41,361 bases of DNA from Patescibacteria group bacterium. Lineage in GTDB: Bacteria; Patescibacteriota; Patescibacteriia; JAACEG01. The notes beneath the pieces are model-generated. The model saw only the letters and a list, made by a program, of their open reading frames with translations, searched no databases and was not told the DNA's origin. This document shows, piece after piece, positions 16,885-26,331 of this stretch. Positions within the stretch are counted from its first letter, which is position 1; each line of letters begins with the position of its first letter. The DNA is taken from NCBI GenBank assembly GCA_034660735.1, contig JAYEJQ010000056.1:1-41361 (forward strand). The letters run 5' to 3'. Made by a program: the position numbers and the translations under genes.

Positions 16885-17886
16885 TCAATTTATAATTAAT
16901 TCCGCGATTTGGACTACGTTCAGCGCTGCGCCTTTTAAAATCTGATCCCCGCATACGAAAAATTCTAAACCGTTTTTTCCAAAAATCAGACTGTTCCTTA
17001 TTCTGCCAACCTCAACACTGTATTTTCCGCTGGCTGTTAAAGGCATAGGATAAACGCGATTTTTAATGTCATCGCGAATTTGAATTCCGTCCGCGTTTTG
17101 AAAAATATTTTTAATTTTTCGTATATCAACCTTTTTTTCTGTTTCAACTAAAATGCTTTCTGAATGTGCTCGCATTATTGGAACCCTAACACAAGAGCAA
17201 GAGATTTTTATATTTTCATCATTGAATATTTTTTTTATCTCCCAGACAACCTTCATCTCCTCTTTTGTATAGCCATTTTTCTGAAAAACATCAATATGCG
17301 GAATTAAGTTAAAGGCGAGCGAATGCTGAAAAATTTTATTGCCTGTTTTCTCGCCTTTAAGAAATTTTGTTGTTTCAATTTTTAATTCCTCTATACCTTG
17401 TGCTCCAGCCCCGCTTGCGGCCTGATAAGTTGATATAATAATTTTTTTTAATCCATAATTTTTATATATTTGCCATAATGGAATTGAGGCAATAGCTGTT
17501 GTGCAATTTGGGTTTGCGATTAATAACGAATTTTTTACAGCATCTGGATTTATCTCAGGAATAACTAACGGAATATTTTCATCATATCTAAAAGTTGAAG
17601 AATTATCAATCACGATACAATTATTGGAAGTCGCTTTTTTTGCATTAAGTTTTGACCATTCTCCGCCGATCGCAAAAAACGCAATGTCTAATTTATTGTA
17701 ATCAGCGCGATTTGCGTTTCGCAGGATAATTTCGCCGAACTGGGTTTTGATTTTTTGTCCAGCGGATTTTTCAGACGCGTATAAATTTAAAAATTCAATA
17801 GGAAATTTTCGTTCAAATAAAACATTCAAAATTTCCTTTCCAACCATTCCAGTAGCGCCAAAAATTCCAATTTTATATTTTTTCAT
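16885..17886 (-). CDS. asd: Aspartate-semialdehyde dehydrogenase
   Basis: 333 aa. GATGMVG Rossmann N-terminus and NPNCTT active-site Cys context. Confidence 0.9.
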   Translation of the reverse strand: MKKYKIGIFGATGMVGKEILNVLFERKFPIEFLNLYASEKSAGQKIKTQFGEIILRNANRADYNKLDIAFFAIGGEWSKLNAKKATSNNCIVIDNSSTFRYDENIPLVIPEINPDAVKNSLLIANPNCTTAIASIPLWQIYKNYGLKKIIISTYQAASGAGAQGIEELKIETTKFLKGEKTGNKIFQHSLAFNLIPHIDVFQKNGYTKEEMKVVWEIKKIFNDENIKISCSCVRVPIMRAHSESILVETEKKVDIRKIKNIFQNADGIQIRDDIKNRVYPMPLTASGKYSVEVGRIRNSLIFGKNGLEFFVCGDQILKGAALNVVQIAELIIN

Positions 17887-17892
17887 AGTTTT

Positions 17893-19239
17893 TTATTTTA
17901 TAAAAATTTTATGAAAACCGCGCATTACTTTTTTCATTTCGTCGGTTTTAACGATCGCTTCTAACCGTGCGCAATTTTTATATGGAAAAGCGCCAATTTG
18001 CGGATCAGGGCAAATTTTTATCAAAGTGTTATTGAAAGTGCTTACTGTTTTCCAGTCTAAATTTCCAATCAACATAACCATATTTACTGGTGACGCGCTT
18101 ATTTTACAATTTTTCTTTTTTATTTCTTTAATCGCTTTTTTCAAATTTTTATTTCTGCTACCAACAACTATCTGTAAACTATCGCGCGTATTCCGTATTA
18201 AAACCATATTAAGCGCAAGCAAATTTAAAATCTTGCTTATTTCAAAAAGAAATCCGTGCTCATTAATTCCATTACCGCTAACAATTATCATTGCCAGCCC
18301 TTTTTTAAAACCGATGATTTTCGCGCCTTTTTGTTTTGAACTATCCGCTTTTATTAAAGTTTTGTTATTATAATTAATAATTGACGCGACTTCAACGGTT
18401 GTCCGTGTTTTTTCAACATATTGCATAGCTTTATTATGGATAATTTTGCCAGCCTCTTCTGCTTCAATATAACTTAAACAAGATACTGTTTTTGTGTTTT
18501 TAACAATTCTCGGATCGGCAGATAAAACTCCATTGACATCTTTCCATAAAATAATTTTATTGGCTTTTACAGCCGCGCCAACAAAACAGGCAGTCGTGTC
18601 TGTTCCGCCACGTCCCAAAATCGTTGTTCGGTTATTTTTTGTAATTCCAGTAAAACCAGCAATTACTGGAATTGATTTTATATTTTTTAATTTCGCGCGA
18701 ATATTTTTCGCAGAAATTTTATAATCAATATTTGCGTTAAGATAATTGTCGTCCGTAATAATCGGAATATTCTCTGCAAATAATTTTTGCGAGAATAGAT
18801 TACTAGAATTTAAAAATTCAGTAAAAAAAATGGTTGACATTTTTTCGCCATAAGATAAAATTTTATCGCGGAAAATATCCAATGAATTAAATTTGCGTAT
18901 TTTTTGAAAATCAATTTCAAGATTTTTTAACAAATTATCAATTTCAGTAATGGCGATTTGCTGATTTTTTTTATCCATTTTTACGAAGTTAATCATCTTA
19001 ATATGCTTCGTGCGGATTTTTTCAATAGATTTTTTCTCAATTTCTTTATTTTTCTTATATAATAATAGATTTTCTAAAATATCAGTCACGCCATTTAAAG
19101 CTGAAATAACAACAATCGGATAAAATCCGTTTTCAATCTGTTCCTTAATCTGTTTTTTTATTAATAAAATAAATTTTTGCGTAAGAATTCCACCGCCAAA
19201 TTTATTTACTATGATTCTGTTTTGTGTTTTTGTTTTCAT
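17893..19239 (-). CDS. Aspartate kinase
   Basis: VNKFGGG N-terminus, GRGGTDTTA motif, ACT-like C-terminus. The ATG at 19239 is preferred; the track start at 19296 is TTG and would overlap the upstream gene by 50 nt. Confidence 0.8.
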   Translation of the reverse strand: MKTKTQNRIIVNKFGGGILTQKFILLIKKQIKEQIENGFYPIVVISALNGVTDILENLLLYKKNKEIEKKSIEKIRTKHIKMINFVKMDKKNQQIAITEIDNLLKNLEIDFQKIRKFNSLDIFRDKILSYGEKMSTIFFTEFLNSSNLFSQKLFAENIPIITDDNYLNANIDYKISAKNIRAKLKNIKSIPVIAGFTGITKNNRTTILGRGGTDTTACFVGAAVKANKIILWKDVNGVLSADPRIVKNTKTVSCLSYIEAEEAGKIIHNKAMQYVEKTRTTVEVASIINYNNKTLIKADSSKQKGAKIIGFKKGLAMIIVSGNGINEHGFLFEISKILNLLALNMVLIRNTRDSLQIVVGSRNKNLKKAIKEIKKKNCKISASPVNMVMLIGNLDWKTVSTFNNTLIKICPDPQIGAFPYKNCARLEAIVKTDEMKKVMRGFHKIFIK

Positions 19240-19246
19240 AATTTTC

Positions 19247-20254
19247 TTATTTTTCCAAAATAGTCTCTTTAATCTTCTGCCCAAAATGCCTTCCAACTCC
19301 GCGCTCTTGTAAAAATACTAAAATTTTATCGCCCTTTTTTAATTTGACAACGGAAATATATCCGTTGTCTTTTTTGGTTAGGCGGATTGTTTCTGCGTTT
19401 TGCATTATCAAACTTATATTTCTGTTTTCAAATTTTGCTTTAACAATCAGCATCGGTCTTTTTTCAATTTTTACTCGCCCGATAATCGCTTGCTCGGTAT
19501 TTCCTTTGGAATCAATAATTAACGACTTGTCTCCGCTTTTTAATTCAGCGAGGTATTTTGTTTTATCGTTCGGCATTCTAATATAAGCATGCGCGCCGCC
19601 AGCATTTACCCTGAAAGCGCGCGGATCGCAATATGGATTTTCAACATTTTCATTATAAACCAAAAACATAGCGCTTGACGAATCGCCGACCAACATCCCT
19701 TGTCCTGGGTTTAAAATTGACGAAGTATCAATTACAACTCTGTCGCCGATGCCAAGCGCTTCTACGTTTGTAATTTCAGCTTCAACTAATTTTAATTTTT
19801 CGTTTTGCGTTTCTTTAATAAGTCCGCCGACTTTTTTGATTTCATTTAAGTCGCTTGTTTCTAATAAAATTCCGTCCGCGCCAACCTCCATAGTTTCTAA
19901 CGCTAATTTTGCTTCTTTGTAATTTTTAACACATTGAATTATATTTGAAGTTTTAGAAATTAAATTTTCTAATGGAATAATTGTCCATTCTTTATTTTTA
20001 ACAATAATCGGGATTTTACCTTGATATTTAATCGCTTCATCTTCTGATTCTTTTGTTGTTAAAAAAACTTCCGCAACATTTTTATTTATTTTTAAATCTG
20101 CTTTTTCGCTATCGGAAATAATTAAAGTCCGTGATAATTTTTTAATCTCATCAATATTTTCAGGTTGAACATAAATCGCTTCAAATCCGCTTTCAATCGC
20201 TAAAGTAGCCAACTTTTTATCCCAAAAAGGGAGTTTATACCAAAATTTTTTCAT
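19247..20254 (-). CDS. 3-dehydroquinate synthase II (archaeal type)
   Basis: Collinear with my recollection of M. jannaschii MJ1249: WTIIPLENLI, GDRV.IDT, ENPY...R.FRVNAG..HAY, KTKYL.ELK.GD, GRVKIE.RP, QNAETIRL, RHFG..IKETI.EK. Confidence 0.85.
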   Translation of the reverse strand: MKKFWYKLPFWDKKLATLAIESGFEAIYVQPENIDEIKKLSRTLIISDSEKADLKINKNVAEVFLTTKESEDEAIKYQGKIPIIVKNKEWTIIPLENLISKTSNIIQCVKNYKEAKLALETMEVGADGILLETSDLNEIKKVGGLIKETQNEKLKLVEAEITNVEALGIGDRVVIDTSSILNPGQGMLVGDSSSAMFLVYNENVENPYCDPRAFRVNAGGAHAYIRMPNDKTKYLAELKSGDKSLIIDSKGNTEQAIIGRVKIEKRPMLIVKAKFENRNISLIMQNAETIRLTKKDNGYISVVKLKKGDKILVFLQERGVGRHFGQKIKETILEK

Positions 20255-20297
20255 AAATTTTAAAAGTTAAAATAAATATTAAGATATAAAAATATTA

Positions 20298-20484
20298 TTT
20301 TGAATTACAAAACGCAAAAAATATGTCACCCTGAATTTATTTCAGGGTCTGTCATTACTATTCGCTGAATTATAATTGGATGAATAAAATCTAAATTTTT
20401 ATTTTATACTGCTTAAATATAATATAGTAAATAGTAGATACGAATCCTGACCCCGCTGCTCGCGAGCGGCGGGGCAGGATGACA
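20298..20484. mobile_element. Family-A element, copy A5, in the spacer between ADH synthase and DHQ synthase II
   Basis: tgtcaccctgaatttatttcagggtctgtcattac...caggatgaca. The right-end hairpin is replaced by the GC-rich cctgaccccgctgctcgcgagcggcggggcagg. The string aaatattaagatat is present on both sides (20274-20287 and 20527-20540). Confidence 0.65.
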
Positions 20485-20540
20485 ATACTTGAATTAAAAT
20501 TATTTTTTTAGTTATTTAATTATATAAAAATATTAAGATA

Positions 20541-21293
20541 TTATTGCGCGTAAACCGCGCTTCTTATTTTTTTAATCATAGCAGGGACATCGTCGGCTTG
20601 AAAAGCGTTGCGTCCGACTGAAACTCCTGCGGCTCCTACTGAAACACAATCACTAATAGATTTTAGCATTGTTTCTTCGCTTCCTTTTGCTCCGCCAGCG
20701 ATTACAACAGGAATATCAACACCATCGCAGACTTTTTTAAAACTTTTCGCGTCTCCTGTAAATGGAACTTTTACGATATCCGCTCCGAGTTCAAACGCTA
20801 CGCGCGCGGCATGCTTTACTTTTTTCGTGTCTGTATAATTAATAATCTTTCCATCAACTTCATCTCGCGGGTACATCATAGCAAGCAGAGGCAAGCCGAC
20901 TTTTTCGCACTCATAAGAAATTTTTCCTAAATCCGCCAACATTTCAGGCTCGTATCTGTTTCCTAAATTTATATGAACTGAAACTCCTTGCGCGCCCATC
21001 TCTTTTATTTCTTGTGGAGTTGCGATTAAAACTTTTTTTAACACAACGCCCATTCCTGTTGAAGCGGAGCAATGGATAATTGTCGGAAGATCGCCGATAA
21101 CCATTTTGTATTTTTTGTAAATTCCTTTATGGATTACAATCGCGTCAACTCCTCCTTCTTTAACGTTCGCGATAGTTTTTTTTATATCAATTAATCCGTC
21201 AATCGGTCCGTCGCTAACCCCATGATCCATTGGCAGAATAACAGTTCTGCCTTCAGGGCTGATAATTTTGTCCAGCAAATTTTTTTTGTCCAT
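20541..21293 (-). CDS. 2-amino-3,7-dideoxy-D-threo-hept-6-ulosonate (ADH) synthase, class I aldolase DhnA family
   Basis: Collinear with my recollection of MJ0400: PMDHGVS.GPI.GLIDI.KT, AMMYPR, HAAR...ELGADIVK, GAAGV.VGRN.FQ.DDV. Confidence 0.8.
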   Translation of the reverse strand: MDKKNLLDKIISPEGRTVILPMDHGVSDGPIDGLIDIKKTIANVKEGGVDAIVIHKGIYKKYKMVIGDLPTIIHCSASTGMGVVLKKVLIATPQEIKEMGAQGVSVHINLGNRYEPEMLADLGKISYECEKVGLPLLAMMYPRDEVDGKIINYTDTKKVKHAARVAFELGADIVKVPFTGDAKSFKKVCDGVDIPVVIAGGAKGSEETMLKSISDCVSVGAAGVSVGRNAFQADDVPAMIKKIRSAVYAQ

Positions 21294-21858
21294 AAAATTT
21301 ATAATTATATATTAAATTTTGACATATTTTATTTCCTTATTTTTTAACACTCCTTGACAATGGAGAGTCGGGGAGGGTTTTTTAAAAAATTTAACCCCTT
21401 AAATTATCTTTGTCAGGTGGGATTTAATATGAAATATGCTAAAGTTTAGTTATATAAATTAGAAAAACCTCTTAGTGAGGCTTTTGTTTTTTTTAGTTAT
21501 TTTATAAATTAACAATCGCCTCAAATAATAAAATTAAAAAAATAATAAGATACGAAAAAAGAGAAAAATAAATTTTCCCAAATATTAAATACAACTATTT
21601 TTTCTGCTTTAATTAAATTCATTATATATTTTAAATTTTTTGCGACTTTATAATATATTTTACTTCTTATTATATTTTTGTCAAATAATTGATTTTTGTA
21701 AAAGATAGTGCTAATATGTATATAAATTAAAATTTTATATAATAGATTTGCCGCATAATTAATTTCTATCGTGATTTTTTTTCCAAAAAACGGATAAGCA
21801 ATTTTGACCAAATTTTTCAAAAATTTTAACGCCTTCCGAAGCACTTTGGCGGACTTAT

Positions 21859-21930
21859 AAAATTGTTTGAAAAATTTGTCTCACCCCGTAGTCCTACGGG
21901 GCGTCACGAAACTAATTACGCGGCAAGTCT
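21859..21930 (+). mobile_element. Family-B element, right-half copy, ending 12 nt before the ilvB ATG
   Basis: aaaaatttgtctca-ccccgtagtcctacgggg-cgtcacgaaactaattacgcggcaagtct, collinear with 27227-27300 and 37355-37430. Confidence 0.6.
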
Positions 21931-21942
21931 AATTCTTATTTT

Positions 21943-23631
21943 ATGATTGGAGCAGATATTTTGTTAAAATCTTTATTAAAAGAAGGAGTAGAAATAATTT
22001 TTGGCTATCCTGGAGGAGTAACAATTCCATTGTATGACAAACTTAAAAATTATCCGCAGATTAAGCATATTTTAACGCGGCACGAACAGGGTGCCGCTTT
22101 AGCCGCTGACGGATATTTTAGAACTACTGGCAGGGTCGGGGTCTGTCTTGCCACATCAGGACCTGGCGCAACAAATTTAATTACTGGAATTGCTAACGCT
22201 TATATGGATTCTATCGGAATAGTCGCAATTACTTGCCAAGTTTCGAGCGCTCTTATCGGCTCGGACGCTTTTCAAGAAGTTGATATCACGAGAATTACAA
22301 AGCCGATAACCAAGCATAATTATTTTATTGATAATATTAATGATTTGCCTAGTATCGTAAACGAAGCGTTTTATTTGGCGTTAAGCGGACGACCGCGTCC
22401 AGTTCATATTGACATACCAGTAGATATTTTAAAAACCGAAGTTAAAAAATTCAATTATCCGTCAAAGGCAAGTTTGTCAAGTTATAGTTCTTTGCAAAAA
22501 ATTAGCAAGGAAGAAATAAAAAAAACTTGTCAATTGATTGAAAAATCCGAAAGACCTATTGTAATCGCTGGACACGGAATATCAATATCGCAAGCAGAAA
22601 CGGAATTAAAAAAATTTATTGAAAAAACGGATATTCCTGTTGTTACCACTTTGTTGGGAATTGGCTCGCTGTCTGAAAAGCATCCGATGAATTTTGGAAT
22701 GCTTGGAATGCATGGAATGGCTTACGCTAATTATGCCACGCATAATGCTGACTTAATTATTGGAATTGGAACTCGTTTTAGCGATCGCATCACTGGAAAC
22801 ATAAAAGAATTCGCAAAAAACGCAAACGTTATTCATATAGATATTGATCCTGCTGAAATTGGAAAAAATATTTCTGTAAATATTCCGCTTCTCGGAGACT
22901 GTAAAAAAATATTAATGGAACTGAATAAAAAAATTGTTCAGTTGTCGCATAGCGATTGGGTGATGAAAATTAAAGAACGGAAGGAGCAGACAGATTTGCA
23001 AAAAATAAAAAAAAGTTCAAGGATTGATAATAATAAATGCTTAATGGCGCAGGATATTATGCGTGAAATAGATTTACAGACTAAAGGCGAGGCGGTTATT
23101 GTTAGCGATGTAGGACAAAATCAAATGTGGAGCGCGCAATATTTTGAATATACAAAGCCAAACCAGTTTTTAAGCGCTGGCGGGCTTGGTTCGATGGGAT
23201 ACAGTCTGCCTGCTTCCATTGGAGCTAAATTTGGAAATCCAAAATCAGACATTTGGGCAATAATGGGAGATGGCGGTTTTCAGATGAATATGCAGGAGTT
23301 AGGCGTAATTATGGAACATAAATTGCCGATTAAAATTATAATTTTAAATAATGGATATTTAGGAATGGTAAGGCAGTGGCAGGAGATGTTTTTTGAAAAA
23401 AATTACGCCGCGACTAAATTAGCAAATCCAGATTTTATCCAAATCGCTAAATCTTACGGAATTGAAGCTTATCAAATAACTGAATGGATGGATGCTAAAA
23501 GCAAAATAAAAAAAGCCATCAATTCAGACAAGCCGATTTTTCTTGATTTCATAATTGGCGCTGAAGATATTGTTTTGCCTATGATTCCAACAGGGAATAA
23601 CCTAGGTGATATTATTGTTGAAAGGAGTTGA
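21943..23631 (+). CDS. ilvB: Acetolactate synthase large subunit-type ThDP enzyme
   Basis: 562 aa. GYPGG, TRHEQGA, TSGPGATN, GDGGFQMN motifs. No small-subunit gene adjacent. Confidence 0.85.
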   Translation: MIGADILLKSLLKEGVEIIFGYPGGVTIPLYDKLKNYPQIKHILTRHEQGAALAADGYFRTTGRVGVCLATSGPGATNLITGIANAYMDSIGIVAITCQVSSALIGSDAFQEVDITRITKPITKHNYFIDNINDLPSIVNEAFYLALSGRPRPVHIDIPVDILKTEVKKFNYPSKASLSSYSSLQKISKEEIKKTCQLIEKSERPIVIAGHGISISQAETELKKFIEKTDIPVVTTLLGIGSLSEKHPMNFGMLGMHGMAYANYATHNADLIIGIGTRFSDRITGNIKEFAKNANVIHIDIDPAEIGKNISVNIPLLGDCKKILMELNKKIVQLSHSDWVMKIKERKEQTDLQKIKKSSRIDNNKCLMAQDIMREIDLQTKGEAVIVSDVGQNQMWSAQYFEYTKPNQFLSAGGLGSMGYSLPASIGAKFGNPKSDIWAIMGDGGFQMNMQELGVIMEHKLPIKIIILNNGYLGMVRQWQEMFFEKNYAATKLANPDFIQIAKSYGIEAYQITEWMDAKSKIKKAINSDKPIFLDFIIGAEDIVLPMIPTGNNLGDIIVERS

Positions 23632-23635
23632 AAAT

Positions 23636-24592
23636 ATGAAAAATAATTTTTGGCAGGAGATTAAAAAGCCGATTTTAACGTTGGCGCCGATGGCAGGATT
23701 TACCGATAAGTCCTTTCGGCAAACCTGCAAGCAGTTTGGCGCTGATATCTGTTATAGCGAGATGGCAAGCGCGTCAGCTTTATATTTTCAGCCATTAAAA
23801 ACTTTAGAATTAATCCGTTTTGATAAAATTGAAAGGCCTTATATAGTCCAACTGTTTGGAAAAAATCCGCTGCATTTTGCAAAAGCGGTTCGTATTGTAA
23901 CTAAAAAGATTAAACCTGATGGAATTGATATAAATTTTGGCTGCCCAGCAAAAAAAATATTCAAAGAAGGTTCGGGGGTCGCCTTAATGGATGATCCTAA
24001 ATTATCAAGAGAGATTATTAAAACAGTTTGCGTAAACACAGATTTGCCAGTTTCAATTAAAATTCGCTCTAATGGAAAAAAAATAACAGCTGAAAATTTT
24101 GCGCAAAAAATTTGCGATATTCCTATTTCAGCTATTATGATTCATGGAAGAAGTTATCAACAAGGTTTTAGCGGAAAAATTGACACAAAGGCTATAAAAA
24201 ATATTAGAAAGATTTTTTCAGGAATAATTTTAGCCAATGGAGGTATAAATTCGTTGTCGGACGCTCAAGAAATATTAAAAAAAACAGAAGCGGACGGAAT
24301 CGGAATTGCACGCGGAGCGCTTGGCAGACCGTGGATTTTTAAAGAGATTAAAGAGGGGAAAGAAGAGCCGAAAAATATAGATTTAATATTTAAAACAGCA
24401 TTAAAGCATCTGAAATTATGCGAAAAACAAAAAGGCGAGCGCGGGATTATTGAAGCGCGCAAGCACTTGGCTTATTACATAAAAGGATTGCCAAATATTA
24501 AAAAATTTCGTCAAAAATTTATGCAAATTACTGCCTTAAAGGATTTACAAAATGAGATTATTAAGATTAATAATTTTTTGAAATCAAAATAA
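23636..24592 (+). CDS. dus: tRNA-dihydrouridine synthase
   Basis: LAPMAGFTD, DINFGCP, IHGR motifs. The ATG at 23636 follows an aaaggag SD; the track start at 23606 is GTG inside ilvB. Confidence 0.85.
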   Translation: MKNNFWQEIKKPILTLAPMAGFTDKSFRQTCKQFGADICYSEMASASALYFQPLKTLELIRFDKIERPYIVQLFGKNPLHFAKAVRIVTKKIKPDGIDINFGCPAKKIFKEGSGVALMDDPKLSREIIKTVCVNTDLPVSIKIRSNGKKITAENFAQKICDIPISAIMIHGRSYQQGFSGKIDTKAIKNIRKIFSGIILANGGINSLSDAQEILKKTEADGIGIARGALGRPWIFKEIKEGKEEPKNIDLIFKTALKHLKLCEKQKGERGIIEARKHLAYYIKGLPNIKKFRQKFMQITALKDLQNEIIKINNFLKSK

Positions 24593-24601
24593 ACAAATTT
24601 T

Positions 24602-24931
24602 ATGCTTATACAATTCATTATAATTCTATTTTCGCTGTTTGCTATTTCTCGGCTTCAGAGTAAATTAAAAACCAAAGAAATTATTCTTAAAGAATTTTAT
24701 CTTTGGCTTTTATTTTGGGTAATTATTATAATTACTACTCTTTGGTTTAGAAAAACAGATATTATAGCAAAATTTTTTGGCGTTGAAAAAGGCGCGGATT
24801 TAGCTATTTATATTTCTATTATATTTTTATTTTATCTGCTATTTAAATTGATTGTGAAGATTAAGAAAATAGAACGGGACATTACTAAAATTACAAGAGA
24901 GATTGCAATTAAAAATTCAAAAAAGGATTAA
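24602..24931 (+). CDS. Small membrane protein, DUF2304-like
   Basis: 109 aa, three TM segments plus a charged C-terminal helix. Family assignment is from memory. Confidence 0.5.
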   Translation: MLIQFIIILFSLFAISRLQSKLKTKEIILKEFYLWLLFWVIIIITTLWFRKTDIIAKFFGVEKGADLAIYISIIFLFYLLFKLIVKIKKIERDITKITREIAIKNSKKD

Positions 24932-26289
24932 AATATTTCTAACTCAAATAGCCCTTCTTGAATTCCAACTTTACCGACAAAATAAATTTTTTCTCCATTA
25001 AAATTTAACGCAAAATCATTTATCTTTGCTTGATTAGCTAAAATTTGGACATTTTTTTCTTTATAATCAAGATCAGTGATTTTTAATGTTTCCCCAACTT
25101 GAAATAATAGATGCTTAAAATCGCTATACCACACTATCTGTTTGACTTCCTCGCTGTATCTTCCGACAAGATTTTTTTTATTGATTTTAAAATCATAAAT
25201 GTATATTTCATAATCATTATTATACGCTAGACGGTAATCGCCGCCTATTTTTTTGCTCCATGCGATATTAACCGCGTTATCGTTTATAATAATTTTTTTA
25301 GTGTCAATATTTATCACTGTCAATTTTTGCGATTTTTTATCCATAATCGCAAGAAAATTTTCTGGACTATCTTGAAATTTAAAATTAAGCGAATCAAAAT
25401 TTAATAATTTTACAGATTTATTATTTTTGTCTATTTCTGTTAAAATAGTTTTATCGTCTTCAATTGTTAAAATGTATATCACGCCGTTGATAATATCAAA
25501 ATCAAAAAAATCAGGCAATCTATCATTAGCATAAAGTTCGTCTAACTTATAGTTCAGCAAATTAAACCTGTAAATTTTTTTATTGTCATTGAAATAAATA
25601 ATGTAATCGCTTTGCCTGTCCCAAAGCAAGTTTTTTATTTTTATGTTAGGTATTTTTTGCTCCAAGTCAATTATTTTTTGTAGAGCGAAATTATATATAT
25701 AATTTTTATTAAAAGTTTTTACTAAGAGATTTTTATCTTTATTAGAAAGAGTGAGATTGATTAATTGTTCGTTATCACTGATTTTTATATTAGAATAAAT
25801 ATCTGTTAATTCATTATAAATTTTAAAATTAAAATCACTATCATTTTGAATTTGCCGAAAAACTAAAGTTTGATTATTAGGCGAATAAATAAAATTCGCG
25901 AGATGCCCTTGGCGGATTAATGTCGGTATAGCGTTTTTTTTAAATAGAATAATATTTTTAATTATGTTTACTTTTTCGCTATCCACTTTTATTGTTTTTT
26001 CCCATTCTTGGAATCCTTTTTTAGAAATAGAAACAATATATTTACTTGGAGGCAATTCAATAATTTTATAAGATGTTTCTAAAAAATTAGTCGCTGTTTG
26101 AAATTTGCCATTAAGAAAAATTTTAATCTCCTTAGAATCAAACTCCAATAATATTCCGCCAGTCGGCTGAAATTTATTTTTTTTATAGTTATAACTATAG
26201 CCAGCAGAATATAAAAGAATTATTGTTGATAATAATATAAATATAATAATAAAAATTACATATAAAATTCGGCGAAAATTTAAAGACAT
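24928..26289 (-). CDS. Membrane-anchored PEGA-domain / beta-propeller-like protein
   Basis: N-terminal TM. PEGA-like block IFLNGKF...PPSKYIVSISKKGFQEWEKTIKV. Repetitive beta-rich remainder. The ATG at 26289 is preferred over the TTG at 26319. Confidence 0.6.
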   Translation of the reverse strand: MSLNFRRILYVIFIIIFILLSTIILLYSAGYSYNYKKNKFQPTGGILLEFDSKEIKIFLNGKFQTATNFLETSYKIIELPPSKYIVSISKKGFQEWEKTIKVDSEKVNIIKNIILFKKNAIPTLIRQGHLANFIYSPNNQTLVFRQIQNDSDFNFKIYNELTDIYSNIKISDNEQLINLTLSNKDKNLLVKTFNKNYIYNFALQKIIDLEQKIPNIKIKNLLWDRQSDYIIYFNDNKKIYRFNLLNYKLDELYANDRLPDFFDFDIINGVIYILTIEDDKTILTEIDKNNKSVKLLNFDSLNFKFQDSPENFLAIMDKKSQKLTVINIDTKKIIINDNAVNIAWSKKIGGDYRLAYNNDYEIYIYDFKINKKNLVGRYSEEVKQIVWYSDFKHLLFQVGETLKITDLDYKEKNVQILANQAKINDFALNFNGEKIYFVGKVGIQEGLFELEIF

Positions 26290-26331
26290 AATATTAATAA
26301 TGCAAAAATCAAAATTCAAAAATCAAAATAA

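Noticed and set aside
17893-19296. Track start of aspartate kinase at 19296, giving a 50-nt overlap with DHQ synthase II
   Set aside because: That start is TTG and adds a 19-aa basic extension before the conserved N-terminus. The ATG at 19239 gives MKTKTQNRIIVNKFGGG and a 7-nt gap.
21521-21844. 107-aa minus-strand ORF
   Set aside because: Its composition is a low-complexity translation of AT-rich DNA (Ile/Lys/Phe/Asn/Tyr). It has no SD or motif and its end abuts a family-B half element. It is kept only as part of the non-coding region finding.
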